Assembly (NCBI GenBank): GCA_963677895.2
Contig: CAXXGJ010000018.1
Coordinates: 480,001-544,000 of the forward strand
Direction of reading: 5' to 3'
DNA: 64,000 nucleotides
Source: Treponemataceae bacterium
GTDB lineage: Bacteria > Spirochaetota > Spirochaetia > Treponematales > Rectinemataceae
Positions 51,276 through 60,911 of this stretch are shown here, piece by piece. The position numbers were made by a program, and so were the translations under genes. Position 1 is the stretch's first letter. Every line of letters starts with the position of its first letter. Under the pieces are notes generated by a model that saw nothing but the letters and a program-made list of their open reading frames with translations, was not told the origin of the DNA and ran no database searches.

Positions 51276-51758
51276 CTATGCGTTCGCCGGTAGTGACACC
51301 CACTTGGCCATGCTCAGTTTCTGCATGAATCCGGCCAGTTTCTTCGAGTTTTCAGCACGTTCTTCCTCGGAAATCTCAGGTTGATTGAAGGAGATTCCCG
51401 AGCTCCAGCGTTCCGGAATACTTCGCTCCTGGGAGGGCGATGACTGCATGAGCGAGAGTATCTCCTGGATGTTCTTCGCGAAGCTCGAGAAGGCGAAAGA
51501 CCACTGGCGTTTCTCCAGAGGCGTCTCTTTTGGCATTCGCTTGTAGGCGAACCAGAGATCCCGCCAGTTGTCGAAGTAGTAGTCGACGGCGCGCAGTCCA
51601 AGCTTGATGTCTTTCCCGAGGACTTCGAAGAGTTCCTTCGCCGCAAGGTTTGCCCGTTCGTCCGGAAGGATGGTAAGGCTCGTGATCTTGTTGAATTTCT
51701 GAAACCAATAGCCGACGATCTGGAATTGCGGGAGCTCATATTCTGAGGCTTTGGGCAA
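51276..51758 (-). CDS. Hypothetical phage/ICE-like protein, possibly 5'-truncated
   Basis: Open 160-codon frame, co-oriented with the small ORF and next to att; function not recognised. Confidence 0.55.
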   Translation of the reverse strand: MPKASEYELPQFQIVGYWFQKFNKITSLTILPDERANLAAKELFEVLGKDIKLGLRAVDYYFDNWRDLWFAYKRMPKETPLEKRQWSFAFSSFAKNIQEILSLMQSSPSQERSIPERWSSGISFNQPEISEEERAENSKKLAGFMQKLSMAKWVSLPANA

Positions 51759-51797
51759 ATATTTGTCAATATAAACACATACTTTTTCACATACCCT

Positions 51798-51852
51798 AAA
51801 AAAAGAGGCTGGTAAATCCTTATAATAAAAGGATTTACCAGCCTCTTTTTTT
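51798..51852 (-). terminator. Terminator after tRNA-Glu
   Basis: AAAAAAAGAGGCTGGTAAATCCTT...AAGGATTTACCAGCCTCTTTTTTT. Confidence 0.8.
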
Positions 51853-51923
51853 AGCCCCTAGGGGAGTCGAACCCCTCTTTAAAGATTGAGAATCTTTTGT
51901 CCTAACCGATAGACGAAGGGGCC
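51852..51923 (-). tRNA. tRNA-Glu (CUC), CCA not encoded
   Basis: GGCCCCTTCGTCTATCGGTTAGGAC-AAAAGATT-CTC-AATCTTT-AAAGAGGGGTTCGACTCCCCTAGGGGCTA folds as a cloverleaf. Confidence 0.95.
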
Positions 51924-52025
51924 TCGTGAAAGAAATGGCTCTCTGTTCGAGAGCCATTTCTTTCACAAGCGAGATTTTCGCCCGCGGCTCAAATCTCGCA
52001 TCGCATCCGATCGGTAAAACCCGAG

Positions 52026-52096
52026 TTCCCCAGGGAGGATTTGAACCCCCACAAGCAGATCCAGAGTCTGCCGTGCTACCATTACACAACCGGGGA
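52026..52096 (-). tRNA. tRNA-Gln (CUG), CCA not encoded
   Basis: TCCCCGGTTGTGTAATGGTAGCAC-GGCAGACT-CTG-GATCTGC-TTGTGGGGGTTCAAATCCTCCCTGGGGAA. Confidence 0.95.
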
Positions 52097-52114
52097 ATGA
52101 CGTCAACGGCAGAT

Positions 52115-52143
52115 AAAATAGCGCAGCTGGCGCCCTTAGTCAA
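52115..52143 (-). promoter_or_regulatory. tRNA operon promoter
   Basis: TTGACT-N17-TATTTT on the minus strand. Confidence 0.6.
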
Positions 52144-52189
52144 TACCTCGGGAAGTTCAAAAAATAATCGTGCTGGTGAAAAATCTTCA

Positions 52190-52249
52190 TTGACAAGTCG
52201 CCATAAGGGATTTATTCTTAAAGAGAAAAAGATATGCACAAATGTGCAT
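52190..52249 (+). promoter_or_regulatory. Sugar-operon promoter and palindromic operator
   Basis: TTGACA-N17-TATTCT; ATGCACA-AA-TGTGCAT at 52234-52249. Confidence 0.7.
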
Positions 52250-52295
52250 TATGAATCGACAGGAATCCCAGTTTAGCCCTGGAGAGGAGAGAAGG

Positions 52296-53024
52296 ATGAC
52301 AGGTGGAATCGCGCGCGGAACGGAGCGACTTTTCGACGACAAGGGGCATCTCTTTCTTCTCGCCCTCGACCACGCGCAGAGCGGCGTGATGCCGGGGCTG
52401 GAAAACTCTGGCGGACTCATGACGAAACTAGCCTCTTCCGCCCTGGATGGCTTCATCCTCAACATAGGCATGAGCGGGCGGATGGCCGCGCCGCCTTTCC
52501 TCAGGAAGAAACTCGTGCTGCGCACATCCTTCGGAGGATCCATGCTCGCGAGCGATTACTCGACCGTGCACGCCAACCACGTGAGTCCGGAAACCGCACT
52601 CTCCGTCGGCGCCGACGCCGTCCTCATGATGGCGGTGATAGGCGGCACGGATTACAAGAGCCTTCAGAAGGTTGCCGCCGATATAGACCGGTTTCACCAG
52701 CTTTCCATTCCCGTAATCGTGGAGATCCTCGCCGCCGACTTCACCAAGACCAGCAGTTTCGATATTCAATATAATGGGGCACGCATCGCAGCCGAGCTGG
52801 GTGCCGACGTCGTGAAAGCCTTCTTCGTGGAGGGTTTCGATAAAGTGACGGCATGCTGTCCTGTGCCGGTCATCCTCGCCGGCGGACCCAAGGACCGCGA
52901 CATCGCCGCCGTGGCGGCTCAGGCGCTCTCCGAGGGAGCGAGGGGCTTCGCTTTTGGCCGCAACATCTTCCAGGCGGCAGATCCCGAAGCTGTCGTGGAA
53001 AAGCTGGGCGGACTTCTGAAATGA
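52296..53024 (+). CDS. Class I aldolase (DhnA/FbaB/LsrF family)
   Basis: LALDH, ARIAAELGADVVK (Schiff-base Lys), PVILAGG, FGRNIFQ. Confidence 0.88.
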   Translation: MTGGIARGTERLFDDKGHLFLLALDHAQSGVMPGLENSGGLMTKLASSALDGFILNIGMSGRMAAPPFLRKKLVLRTSFGGSMLASDYSTVHANHVSPETALSVGADAVLMMAVIGGTDYKSLQKVAADIDRFHQLSIPVIVEILAADFTKTSSFDIQYNGARIAAELGADVVKAFFVEGFDKVTACCPVPVILAGGPKDRDIAAVAAQALSEGARGFAFGRNIFQAADPEAVVEKLGGLLK

Positions 53025-54037
53025 AGGCCGGGCCTGATGCTTCGACAATCTACAGGATCGCGCGATATTACTATGTCGAGGGATTGTCACAGGAGGAGAT
53101 AGGAGCCAAGGAAGGATTTTCCCGCTCCCAGATCTCGAGACTCCTCGAAAGGGCGAAGGATCTCGGTCTGGTGAAGATCACCGTCCTTCCGCCGGCCGAT
53201 CTGCGCACCGAAGAGCTGGCCAGGATCCTCGTGGACAGCTTACGCCTGCGCACCGCGATCGTGGTCCCCGTGAGGAAGAACGCCGACGCCGACGACATAG
53301 CGCTGGCCATCGCCACGCGGGCGGCGGACTGTCTCCCCGGATTATTGTCGAACTTCGGTGTAGTGGGGCTTGGCTGGGGCCACACTCTGTACCGGACGGC
53401 CGAGCTTCTGCCCAGGAATTCCGACAAGACGGGCAAGCCTCTTTTCGTGCCTCTCATCGGAACTTCAGGCGACGACAATCCCGATCTGCAGATAAACACG
53501 ATCATCGATAGATTCAGCTCCTCATTTAGGTCCAAAGGCCTCTTCGTGAACATGCCTTCGGTGCGCGAAAAAGGCAGGCCGCTCTCGAAAATCGAGGAGA
53601 AGAGGATCGCGAGCCTCGAGGAATACTGGAACGCGATGGAAGCCGTGGTGGTCGGGCTGGGCGTTCCCCCCTCGGAATCCCCGAACCTGATAGCCGAACT
53701 CCCCATGGAATACAGGGACGAGCTCAAGAAAAGCGCGTCCTGCGGGGATATTTTGGCCCATTATTTCGACGCCGACGGAAAGATATTCCAGCCCGAGAAC
53801 AGCTGTGATCTTCTGGCCTTCGACATCACGAAGCTCCCCGGAATCAGGCAATCGATCTGTCTTGCCGGGGGGCGCAACAAGCACAGGGGAATCTTGGCCG
53901 CGGCACGCTCCGGGTACATCACCGATCTCGTCACGGACGAATGGACCGCGCTCGCGGTCCTGGAACTCCTGGGCGAGGGGGGCAGGCTGCCGGCGGGTGC
54001 CCTTCACAAACCCGGACAGAAAGGGAGCGGCGCATGA
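53021..54037 (+). CDS. SorC/LsrR/DeoR-type sugar-binding regulator
   Basis: IARYYYVEGLSQEEIG...SRSQISRLL, GLGWGHT, GDIL, LVTDE. Confidence 0.9.
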   Translation: MKAGPDASTIYRIARYYYVEGLSQEEIGAKEGFSRSQISRLLERAKDLGLVKITVLPPADLRTEELARILVDSLRLRTAIVVPVRKNADADDIALAIATRAADCLPGLLSNFGVVGLGWGHTLYRTAELLPRNSDKTGKPLFVPLIGTSGDDNPDLQINTIIDRFSSSFRSKGLFVNMPSVREKGRPLSKIEEKRIASLEEYWNAMEAVVVGLGVPPSESPNLIAELPMEYRDELKKSASCGDILAHYFDADGKIFQPENSCDLLAFDITKLPGIRQSICLAGGRNKHRGILAAARSGYITDLVTDEWTALAVLELLGEGGRLPAGALHKPGQKGSGA

Positions 54038-55002
54038 AAGCACTCGTCTATACGGGCATTGGATGCCTGGAAATGCGTGACATCCCCAAACCGGATGCCG
54101 ATTTTATCGTGAAAGTCTCCGGTTGCGGCATTTGCGGAACCGATCTTAAGACCTATCTCAAGGGGCACCATTTTTTCCCGCCTCCCGCGGTTCTGGGACA
54201 CGAGTTTTTCGGCGTGGTGGACAAGACTTTCCCAGGAAGCGGATACGAGGTTGGAGATCCCGTGGTCGTCGCGCCCTACGCGGAGTGCGGCGTCTGCTCG
54301 CTGTGCCGCGTGGGCGCGGGAACGCTCTGCAGGCATAAGATGTTCGTGGACGGAGGCGCGTTCTGCGAATATGTGGGAATACCCGCCGGCTATGTCGGCA
54401 CGGGGGTATTCCGAATTCCCGCGGCCGATGACAGCTTTACCCTCGTGGAACCGCTCGCCTGCGTCCTGAACGGCATCGAGCACCTGAGGCTAAGGGAAGG
54501 AAGCAAGGCCCTCGTGGTGGGCTCAGGTCCGATGGGCGCGCTCTTCGCCCTGGTGTTCAAGGCCAAGGGAATACCCGTCACCGTGGTCGAACCCGGAATC
54601 CTGCGCAGGGAAAAAGTGGCGTCTTGGGGCATCGACGCGAGGGAGCCCGGAGCCGTTACCGTCGCGGACTACGACAATATTGTCATCGCCGTGAATAAAA
54701 AGGAACTGGTGGCCGATTACGCCAAAGCCGTGGGGGACGCCGGCACCATACTCATGTTCGCCGGCCTCGGGAAGGAAGAGTCGGTCGCGATAGACGCCTA
54801 CTCCATCCATTACAGGGAAGTGGCGCTCGTGGGCTGCTCGGGATACGCGATACGGCATTTCAGGCAGGCGCTCGCCCTCATCATAGAACACAGGGAGGAA
54901 TTTTCCCGCGTCATAACGCACAGGATGCCTCTCGCGGAAGGGGCCGCGGCCTTCAATCTGCTCTCCGGCGGTCAGGCCTTCAAGATAGTCCTGAAACCAT
55001 AG
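54034..55002 (+). CDS. Zn-dependent polyol/sugar dehydrogenase
   Basis: CGICGTD, LGHE, CxxCxxC...C, EPLAC, GSGPMG. Confidence 0.9.
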   Translation: MKALVYTGIGCLEMRDIPKPDADFIVKVSGCGICGTDLKTYLKGHHFFPPPAVLGHEFFGVVDKTFPGSGYEVGDPVVVAPYAECGVCSLCRVGAGTLCRHKMFVDGGAFCEYVGIPAGYVGTGVFRIPAADDSFTLVEPLACVLNGIEHLRLREGSKALVVGSGPMGALFALVFKAKGIPVTVVEPGILRREKVASWGIDAREPGAVTVADYDNIVIAVNKKELVADYAKAVGDAGTILMFAGLGKEESVAIDAYSIHYREVALVGCSGYAIRHFRQALALIIEHREEFSRVITHRMPLAEGAAAFNLLSGGQAFKIVLKP

Positions 55003-55014
55003 GAGCGGCGAACC

Positions 55015-56037
55015 ATGAAGCTTGGAATACTTTTCGGACCGGGCTCAGGCGACGGCGGTTCGATCCGCGCCGAGAAACTGCTCGCGCGGAGGCTTGAGGG
55101 GCAGAGCGTGGCCGTCTGCCAAGGCCTCTTCGGGGGAAGCAGGCGGCCGGGAGATTCCGGGGGCTCCGAGGCCACGGCTCTCTGGGAGAGACTCGCCGTC
55201 GCGCCTTCTGGTCATCCTGATGGCTACGTGGGAGAACTACGCGCCGCGGTTGCCGCGCTCTCCGCCTGGGAGGCCGAACTCCTCGTATGCGTGGGCGGGG
55301 ACGGGCTTGCCTCCTACGCCGCTGACGCCATGCTCGCGGGGCTCAAGCCCGTGCCGCTTCTGGGCATCGCCGCGGGCACGATAAACGTGGGGCCGATCGT
55401 CTCGCTGGGACTGGACGGTATCGCCGACCTCGATCCGGAAAAGCTGAAGATAGAAAAGGTCGGCGCCGTCGAGGTATCGCTGGATGGCGTCCACCTCGCC
55501 TATGGGTTCAACGACATCGTCATCGGCGACACCTTTCTCGGCATGATGGACGGCGCGGCGAAAAGCCTTTCGGTCCGGGCAATGCTGGAGAAAGGCGAGA
55601 AAAGAGAAGCTTCGCCTTCCCCCGACATCGTCGGTCCGGCCTTCACGGTGAGGAAAAACGGGATCGGCATCGAACCCGGCATGCGCAGGCCGGCCCAGAT
55701 CATCGTTTCGCCGCTCGGGAAGCGCGAATTCTACGCCAGGGCGATCGCGGGAGTCCTCTGCGACGCCGCCTACATGAAAGGCGCGGCGGCCATGGCGCTT
55801 TTCGATTCGGTCATCGTGAGAGCCGGAAGCCCGGAACGCGGCATCTCCGATTTTTCCGCGACCGAACAGCTTCTTTTCGGCCCGGGGGACTGGGTGGAAA
55901 TAAGCGGTCTCGCCGCCGCCGGACAGATCGTCGTCGATGGAAATCCCTTCGCCCGTACGGGCGATCGCGTTCGGTTCAGGTCGATGCCGGACCTGGTCGA
56001 CGTAGCCAAGCTGCATCATTTCGGTATGGAGGCATAG
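55015..56037 (+). CDS. NAD-kinase/diacylglycerol-kinase-fold protein
   Basis: CVGGDG, LLGIAAGTIN, FNDIVI, IVVDG. Confidence 0.65.
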   Translation: MKLGILFGPGSGDGGSIRAEKLLARRLEGQSVAVCQGLFGGSRRPGDSGGSEATALWERLAVAPSGHPDGYVGELRAAVAALSAWEAELLVCVGGDGLASYAADAMLAGLKPVPLLGIAAGTINVGPIVSLGLDGIADLDPEKLKIEKVGAVEVSLDGVHLAYGFNDIVIGDTFLGMMDGAAKSLSVRAMLEKGEKREASPSPDIVGPAFTVRKNGIGIEPGMRRPAQIIVSPLGKREFYARAIAGVLCDAAYMKGAAAMALFDSVIVRAGSPERGISDFSATEQLLFGPGDWVEISGLAAAGQIVVDGNPFARTGDRVRFRSMPDLVDVAKLHHFGMEA

Positions 56038-56038
56038 G

Positions 56039-56956
56039 ATGGATTCCGGCAGAAGCATGCCCAGGATGAAGAACAATCTCCAGGCCAGGGAACAGAGGAG
56101 GGCCGCCGCGGTGATGATGACGCCGCTTCTCCTCACGCTGTTTTTCCTCTTCCTCCTGCCGGTGGCCTTCGTCGTCATGATGAGCTTCACCAACTGGAGC
56201 CTTACGACGCCGACGCGCGCCTTCGTGGGACTGAAGAACTTCCTCTTCGTCCTCAAGGATGAGCGATTCTGGAAGGCGCTCGGCAACACGGTTTTCTATA
56301 CGGCGATAAAGCTCGTGGCCGACACCGGCCTCGCTCTCTTCATAGCCACCCTCCTGGACAGGAAACTGCATCTGCGGCGTTTTTTCAGAATCGCGCATTT
56401 CGCGCCCGTCGTGGTCCCCATCACGGCATCGAGCCTGATCTGGCTCTGGTTCTACGACCCCGGCATCGGCCCCCTCAACCAGATCCTCGTAAGCCTCGGC
56501 CTTCCGGCCATGCAATGGCTCTACAGCGAAAAGACGGCCTTGCTTTCGGTGATCCTGTTCTCCGTCTGGAAAGGACTGGGCTACAACGTCATCCTCTTCC
56601 TCGCCGGACTCCAGAGCATCCCCGAATCCTATCTCGAGGCGGCACGCATCGATGGAGCGAGCGAGAAGCAGGTGTTCTTCAAGATAAAGCTGCCTCTTCT
56701 CGCGCCCGTCACCTCCTTCGTGATCATGATGGGCGTCATCAACTGCCTGAAAGTATTCACGGAGGTGGACGTGATGACGCCCAATCACGGGCCGCTGGAA
56801 TCGACGCTCCTCCTCGTCTCGTACATCTACGACCAGTCATTCACGAGGGGGAGGATGGGCCGCGGAGCCGCGACGGCCCTCCTTTTGTTCCTGCTGATAT
56901 TCGGGTTCACCCTGCTGCAGAGAGCCTTCGGGCGTAAAAACGTAAGTTACGACTGA
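56039..56956 (+). CDS. Carbohydrate ABC transporter permease 1
   Basis: FVGLKNF, GLQSIPESYLEAARIDGAS (EAA loop). Confidence 0.92.
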   Translation: MDSGRSMPRMKNNLQAREQRRAAAVMMTPLLLTLFFLFLLPVAFVVMMSFTNWSLTTPTRAFVGLKNFLFVLKDERFWKALGNTVFYTAIKLVADTGLALFIATLLDRKLHLRRFFRIAHFAPVVVPITASSLIWLWFYDPGIGPLNQILVSLGLPAMQWLYSEKTALLSVILFSVWKGLGYNVILFLAGLQSIPESYLEAARIDGASEKQVFFKIKLPLLAPVTSFVIMMGVINCLKVFTEVDVMTPNHGPLESTLLLVSYIYDQSFTRGRMGRGAATALLLFLLIFGFTLLQRAFGRKNVSYD

Positions 56957-56967
56957 GGGAGGAAAGC

Positions 56968-57796
56968 ATGAACAAAAAAAAAGCGCAAGCGCTATCCGGC
57001 CGTCTTCATATTCCTGACATTGAGCTCCCTGCTCATGATTTTTCCCTTCGTTTGGATGTTCCTGTCCTCTTTCAAGACCTCGGCCGATGTCTACAGCTAC
57101 CCGCCCAAGTGGATCCCGAGCTCTTTCCAGCTGACCAATTTTTTCGAAGTGTTCAAGAAGATTCCCTTCCTGAGATTTTACGCGAACAGCATCGTCATCG
57201 CCATCGTGCAGACCTTCCTGCAGATACTCATCTCGGCGATGGGCGCCTTCGCCCTCACGAAGCTGGAATTTCCGGGGCGGAAAAAGATGTTCACCTTCAT
57301 GCAGAGCAGCATGTATGTCCCCGAAGTGGTGACGATGATACCGCTCTTTCTCCTCGCCTCCTGGGCGGGGCTGGTGGACACCTACGCGGGACTCATCCTG
57401 GGGGGCCTCACCTGCGCCTTCACGACGATACTCCTGATGTCCTTCTTCGAGATCATCCCGAACGACCTCCTGGACGCGGCCAAGATCGACGGCTGCGGCT
57501 ATTACAGGATTTTCCTCCAGGTGGTCATACCCAACTCGAGGACCGCTATCGGGACGGCTTCCCTCTTCGCCTTCCTCACGCATTGGCGAAGCTACATGTG
57601 GCCGTTGATCATCACGAACAACGTGAAGCTGAGGACGCTGCCCATCGGGCTGAAATACCTGGTTCAGGAGACCTCCTCCGAATACCAGGTTCTCATGGCC
57701 GCCTCCCTCATGGCGATAATACCTGTGCTTCTGGTGTACATGCTGATGGAAAAGGAGTTCGTGCAGTCCATAACGCTGACCGGACTCAAGTCATAG
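56968..57796 (+). CDS. Carbohydrate ABC transporter permease 2; apparent +1 in an A9 run at 56974-56982
   Basis: GGAGG RBS + ATG 56968; with A8 it reads MNKKKRKRYPAVFIFLTLSSLLMIFPF; IPNDLLDAAKIDG. Confidence 0.88.
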
Positions 57797-57863
57797 CTCG
57801 AGATACGGAGCCGACCTGCGCGCGGCTCGATACGGGAAGGAAAACCTTCCAGGAGGTAGGGGA

Positions 57864-59108
57864 ATGAAACGAACGGTATTGGTGCTGGCTGCTCTGCTCG
57901 CCCTATGCGCGGCGGTGATCCCCGTCGCGGCCCAGACGAAGCTCAAGGTATGGTACGCCATTTCGGGAGATTCGGGCGAAGCGTTCAAGGCGATGCTGGA
58001 AAAATACGACGCGGCGAACGACGACGTCGCGCTCGAGTATTCCTATTCGGGCAACTACGGCGACACGGCCACGAAGGTCAGCGCCGCCCTGGTATCCAAC
58101 ACGGCCCCCGACGTCGCGCTGATGGCGGCGGGACCTCTCTACACGGGCGCCCGCAACGACTTCTTCATCGAAGAGAAAATCAACGAGCCCGATTTCCAGA
58201 AGAACGACATATACCCCGGCGTGTGGGACTACGCCAAATTCAACGGCAGGATATGCGCGGTTCCCTACGGCATCTCCACGCCTGTTCTCTACTACAACAA
58301 GGCCGTCATCGAAAAGGCCGGAATCAGCCTCAAGAATCCGCCCAAGACATGGGCCGAATTCGTCCCGATCGCCAAGGCCGCCCAGGCCAAGGGCAATATC
58401 AACGGCGGCGCCGATTTCTGGGGCTTCGATGTCACGGACGTGGGCTGGCTCTTCAAGACAATGCTCAACCAGAACGGGAACGGCGTCATCTCGGTGAAAG
58501 GCACTAAAATCGCGCCCGCCTTCGACGACGAAAAAGCCGTCGAAGTGGCCACCTTCTGGGAAAAGCTCACCGCCGATAAGCTGATGGCGGTTGGACAGCA
58601 TTCCAACGCCGAGAAGAAGTTCCTCGCCGGGAACCTGGCTTTCCTCGTGGCCACATCGGCCAGGATAGCCCGCTGGTCGGCCGACCCCACGCTGAAGATC
58701 GGCGCCATCCCGATGCCCTATTTCCAGAAACCCTCGGTAGCCTTAGGCGGCAATGTCCTCATCATCCTCAGCAAGGATCAGAAGATGAAGGAAGCTTCCT
58801 GGAAGCTCGTGAAGTACCTCGCCAGCAAGGAAAACCAGACCACCTTCGCCTTGAAGACCGGCTATCTGCCGATACGCAAATCGGGTCTCAGCCTTCCGGC
58901 GGCAGCGGCGGCGGTCGAAAAGAACGCGATGTTCTCGGTCGCCTTCGATCAGCTCGACAACAGCTGGTCATACTGGCATTTCGACCAGATGGGTACCATG
59001 GACCAGATTCTGGCGCAGACGATAGACACCATCGAGCGAAAGGTCCGCGATCCGAAGGCGGCGCTCGAGAAAGCCGCGGCCGAACTCCAAGCCGAAATCG
59101 ACGGCTGA
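57864..59108 (+). CDS. ABC solute-binding protein (UgpB-like)
   Basis: Signal peptide, PDVA, VPYGISTPVLYYNK, PKTW, TGYLPIRKS. Confidence 0.9.
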   Translation: MKRTVLVLAALLALCAAVIPVAAQTKLKVWYAISGDSGEAFKAMLEKYDAANDDVALEYSYSGNYGDTATKVSAALVSNTAPDVALMAAGPLYTGARNDFFIEEKINEPDFQKNDIYPGVWDYAKFNGRICAVPYGISTPVLYYNKAVIEKAGISLKNPPKTWAEFVPIAKAAQAKGNINGGADFWGFDVTDVGWLFKTMLNQNGNGVISVKGTKIAPAFDDEKAVEVATFWEKLTADKLMAVGQHSNAEKKFLAGNLAFLVATSARIARWSADPTLKIGAIPMPYFQKPSVALGGNVLIILSKDQKMKEASWKLVKYLASKENQTTFALKTGYLPIRKSGLSLPAAAAAVEKNAMFSVAFDQLDNSWSYWHFDQMGTMDQILAQTIDTIERKVRDPKAALEKAAAELQAEIDG

Positions 59109-59112
59109 TTCG

Positions 59113-59901
59113 ATGAACAAGTATTCCTTTTCCACGGCCGCGCTCTATCCGAGAAGCGCGGCCGAGAGCCTGCGCCTCATCAGGGGCGCGGGCTTCTCTC
59201 ACGCCGAGCTGATGCCCCAGTGCTTTTCCGAAGCCCGCGAAACCTTCGCCCTGGACGCCGAGAAGTGCGGGATACATGTCGCCTCCGTCCATTATCCCCT
59301 CGCCATGTTCTCCATGCTCTACAACGCGGGGGAGGGCATGACAGCCGAGGCGCGGAGCTTCGGAACCGGACTCGTGCGGCTCTGTTCGCGGCTCGGGGCA
59401 GAGGTCCTCGTCGTCCATCCCCATGAGCCGCAGAAAGATCCCGCGCTCCGGCTCCTCCTCGAGGAGCCGATACGGCGGAACCTCCAGCTTCTGGGCGAAG
59501 CCTGCGAAGCGGCGGGCCTGACGCTCGCGATAGAGAACAACCCCAAGGGGCCGGGCAGGACGCCCTCCGGCCTGCTCTCCTATATCGCTTCCCTGGGAGC
59601 GGGACCGGCGGCCTGGCCGATGGTGGATACCACCGAAGCCTGCGAGGCGGAGGAAGATCCCGCGGCCTTCATTTCGGCTGTGAAACCGCGGCATATGCAC
59701 TTAAGCGACCACGCGGGCGATAAAAAACATATTCCCGCCGGCGAGGGGGAGAACGATTGGGCCGCGATCAAGAAAGCCCTCGCGGACTATGAAGGCTACT
59801 ACACGCTCGAACCCCTCTACCGCTTCTATATCGACGAGCCGGAAAAGAAACTCGCGAAGGCATACGACTTCATCGCCGGGCTCATGGAGGCCGGCGCGTG
59901 A
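59113..59901 (+). CDS. Sugar-phosphate isomerase/epimerase (xylose-isomerase-like TIM barrel)
   Basis: LAIEN, DTTE, HMHLSD, HIPAGEG, TLE metal-ligand pattern. Confidence 0.8.
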   Translation: MNKYSFSTAALYPRSAAESLRLIRGAGFSHAELMPQCFSEARETFALDAEKCGIHVASVHYPLAMFSMLYNAGEGMTAEARSFGTGLVRLCSRLGAEVLVVHPHEPQKDPALRLLLEEPIRRNLQLLGEACEAAGLTLAIENNPKGPGRTPSGLLSYIASLGAGPAAWPMVDTTEACEAEEDPAAFISAVKPRHMHLSDHAGDKKHIPAGEGENDWAAIKKALADYEGYYTLEPLYRFYIDEPEKKLAKAYDFIAGLMEAGA

Positions 59902-60911
59902 GCGGAGGCAGGTATCCCGCGGCCGGCATCCGGTCCATGCTCGAGGCCTTCGCCGTAGGGGATGCCCTGGGCATGGCCACCGAATTCATGACGCGACAGG
60001 AGATCCGCGACCGTTTTGGCTTCGTGGAGGGGCTAATCGCGCCTGAATTGTCGAAAAACCACGCCGATCTGCGCAGAGGCCAGGTGACCGACGACACGGA
60101 ACAGGTTCTGGCCCTCCTGGACGAGTACCTCCTCCGCGGGAGGATAGACCCGCGCGAGACGGCCGAAAGGCTCCTGCGCTGGGTACGGGAGAGCGGCGCC
60201 ATCGAAAAGCGCTATATCGGTCCCAGCTCGAAAGCCGCCCTTCAGGCGATATCCGGCGGGGCGGATCCCGCCGTCACCGGACTCGGCGGAACCACCTGCG
60301 GGGGCGTGATGCGCAGCCCCGCCGCCATTCTTTTCGCGCTTTGCGCCGGACTGTCCATCGAAAAAAGCGTCCATGACTGTCTTCTGCCCACGCATAATAC
60401 GAGGCCAGCCCTGGAAGCGGCCACCGCGTACGCCTACGCGCTGCGGGAAGCTCTCGGCGGCGGGGATATACCGGAAATCATGGCGGCCGCCGGCGTGGGA
60501 GCCGAGGCTGGGGTAGCCCTCGCTCCCTGGAATACCTGCGGTCCGTCGCTGCGGGCGCGCCTGGAGCATTTCGCGGCGGCCGAACCAGGATTCGCGAGCC
60601 CCGACGATGCCCTGGACTTCCTCTACTACGTGTACGGAACGGGACTGGAATCCGTCGACGTAGCTTCCGCGGCCCTCTGCGTCTTTTCCCGCGCTCCTCA
60701 GGATACGTGGCTCTGCCTGCGGATGGGTGCTTCCGTCGGAGGCGACACCGACACCATTGCGGCCCTGGCGGGCATGCTTTCGGCGGCTTATCTTGCGGCC
60801 CGCGGGAAAAGCCACGATATCCCTGCCGAGGTGCTGGACGACGTGATGCAATGCAACGGGCTGGATCTTGTTTCCTTGACCGACAGGCTCGCGGTTGTCG
60901 ATGAGCGCTAA
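59898..60911 (+). CDS. ADP-ribosylglycohydrolase family protein
   Basis: GDALGMATEF, TDDTEQ, THNT, GGDTDTIAA. Confidence 0.92.
   Translation: MSGGRYPAAGIRSMLEAFAVGDALGMATEFMTRQEIRDRFGFVEGLIAPELSKNHADLRRGQVTDDTEQVLALLDEYLLRGRIDPRETAERLLRWVRESGAIEKRYIGPSSKAALQAISGGADPAVTGLGGTTCGGVMRSPAAILFALCAGLSIEKSVHDCLLPTHNTRPALEAATAYAYALREALGGGDIPEIMAAAGVGAEAGVALAPWNTCGPSLRARLEHFAAAEPGFASPDDALDFLYYVYGTGLESVDVASAALCVFSRAPQDTWLCLRMGASVGGDTDTIAALAGMLSAAYLAARGKSHDIPAEVLDDVMQCNGLDLVSLTDRLAVVDER

Larger units (their letters stand above)
39530..51863. mobile_element. Genomic island integrated at tRNA-Glu(CUC), no integrase present
   Basis: TTTTTAGCCCCTAGGG occurs at 39530-39545 and 51848-51863 (tRNA 3' end). The interior is visibly AT-richer and holds toxin, IS, cassette-like and phage-like genes. 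Confidence 0.8.
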
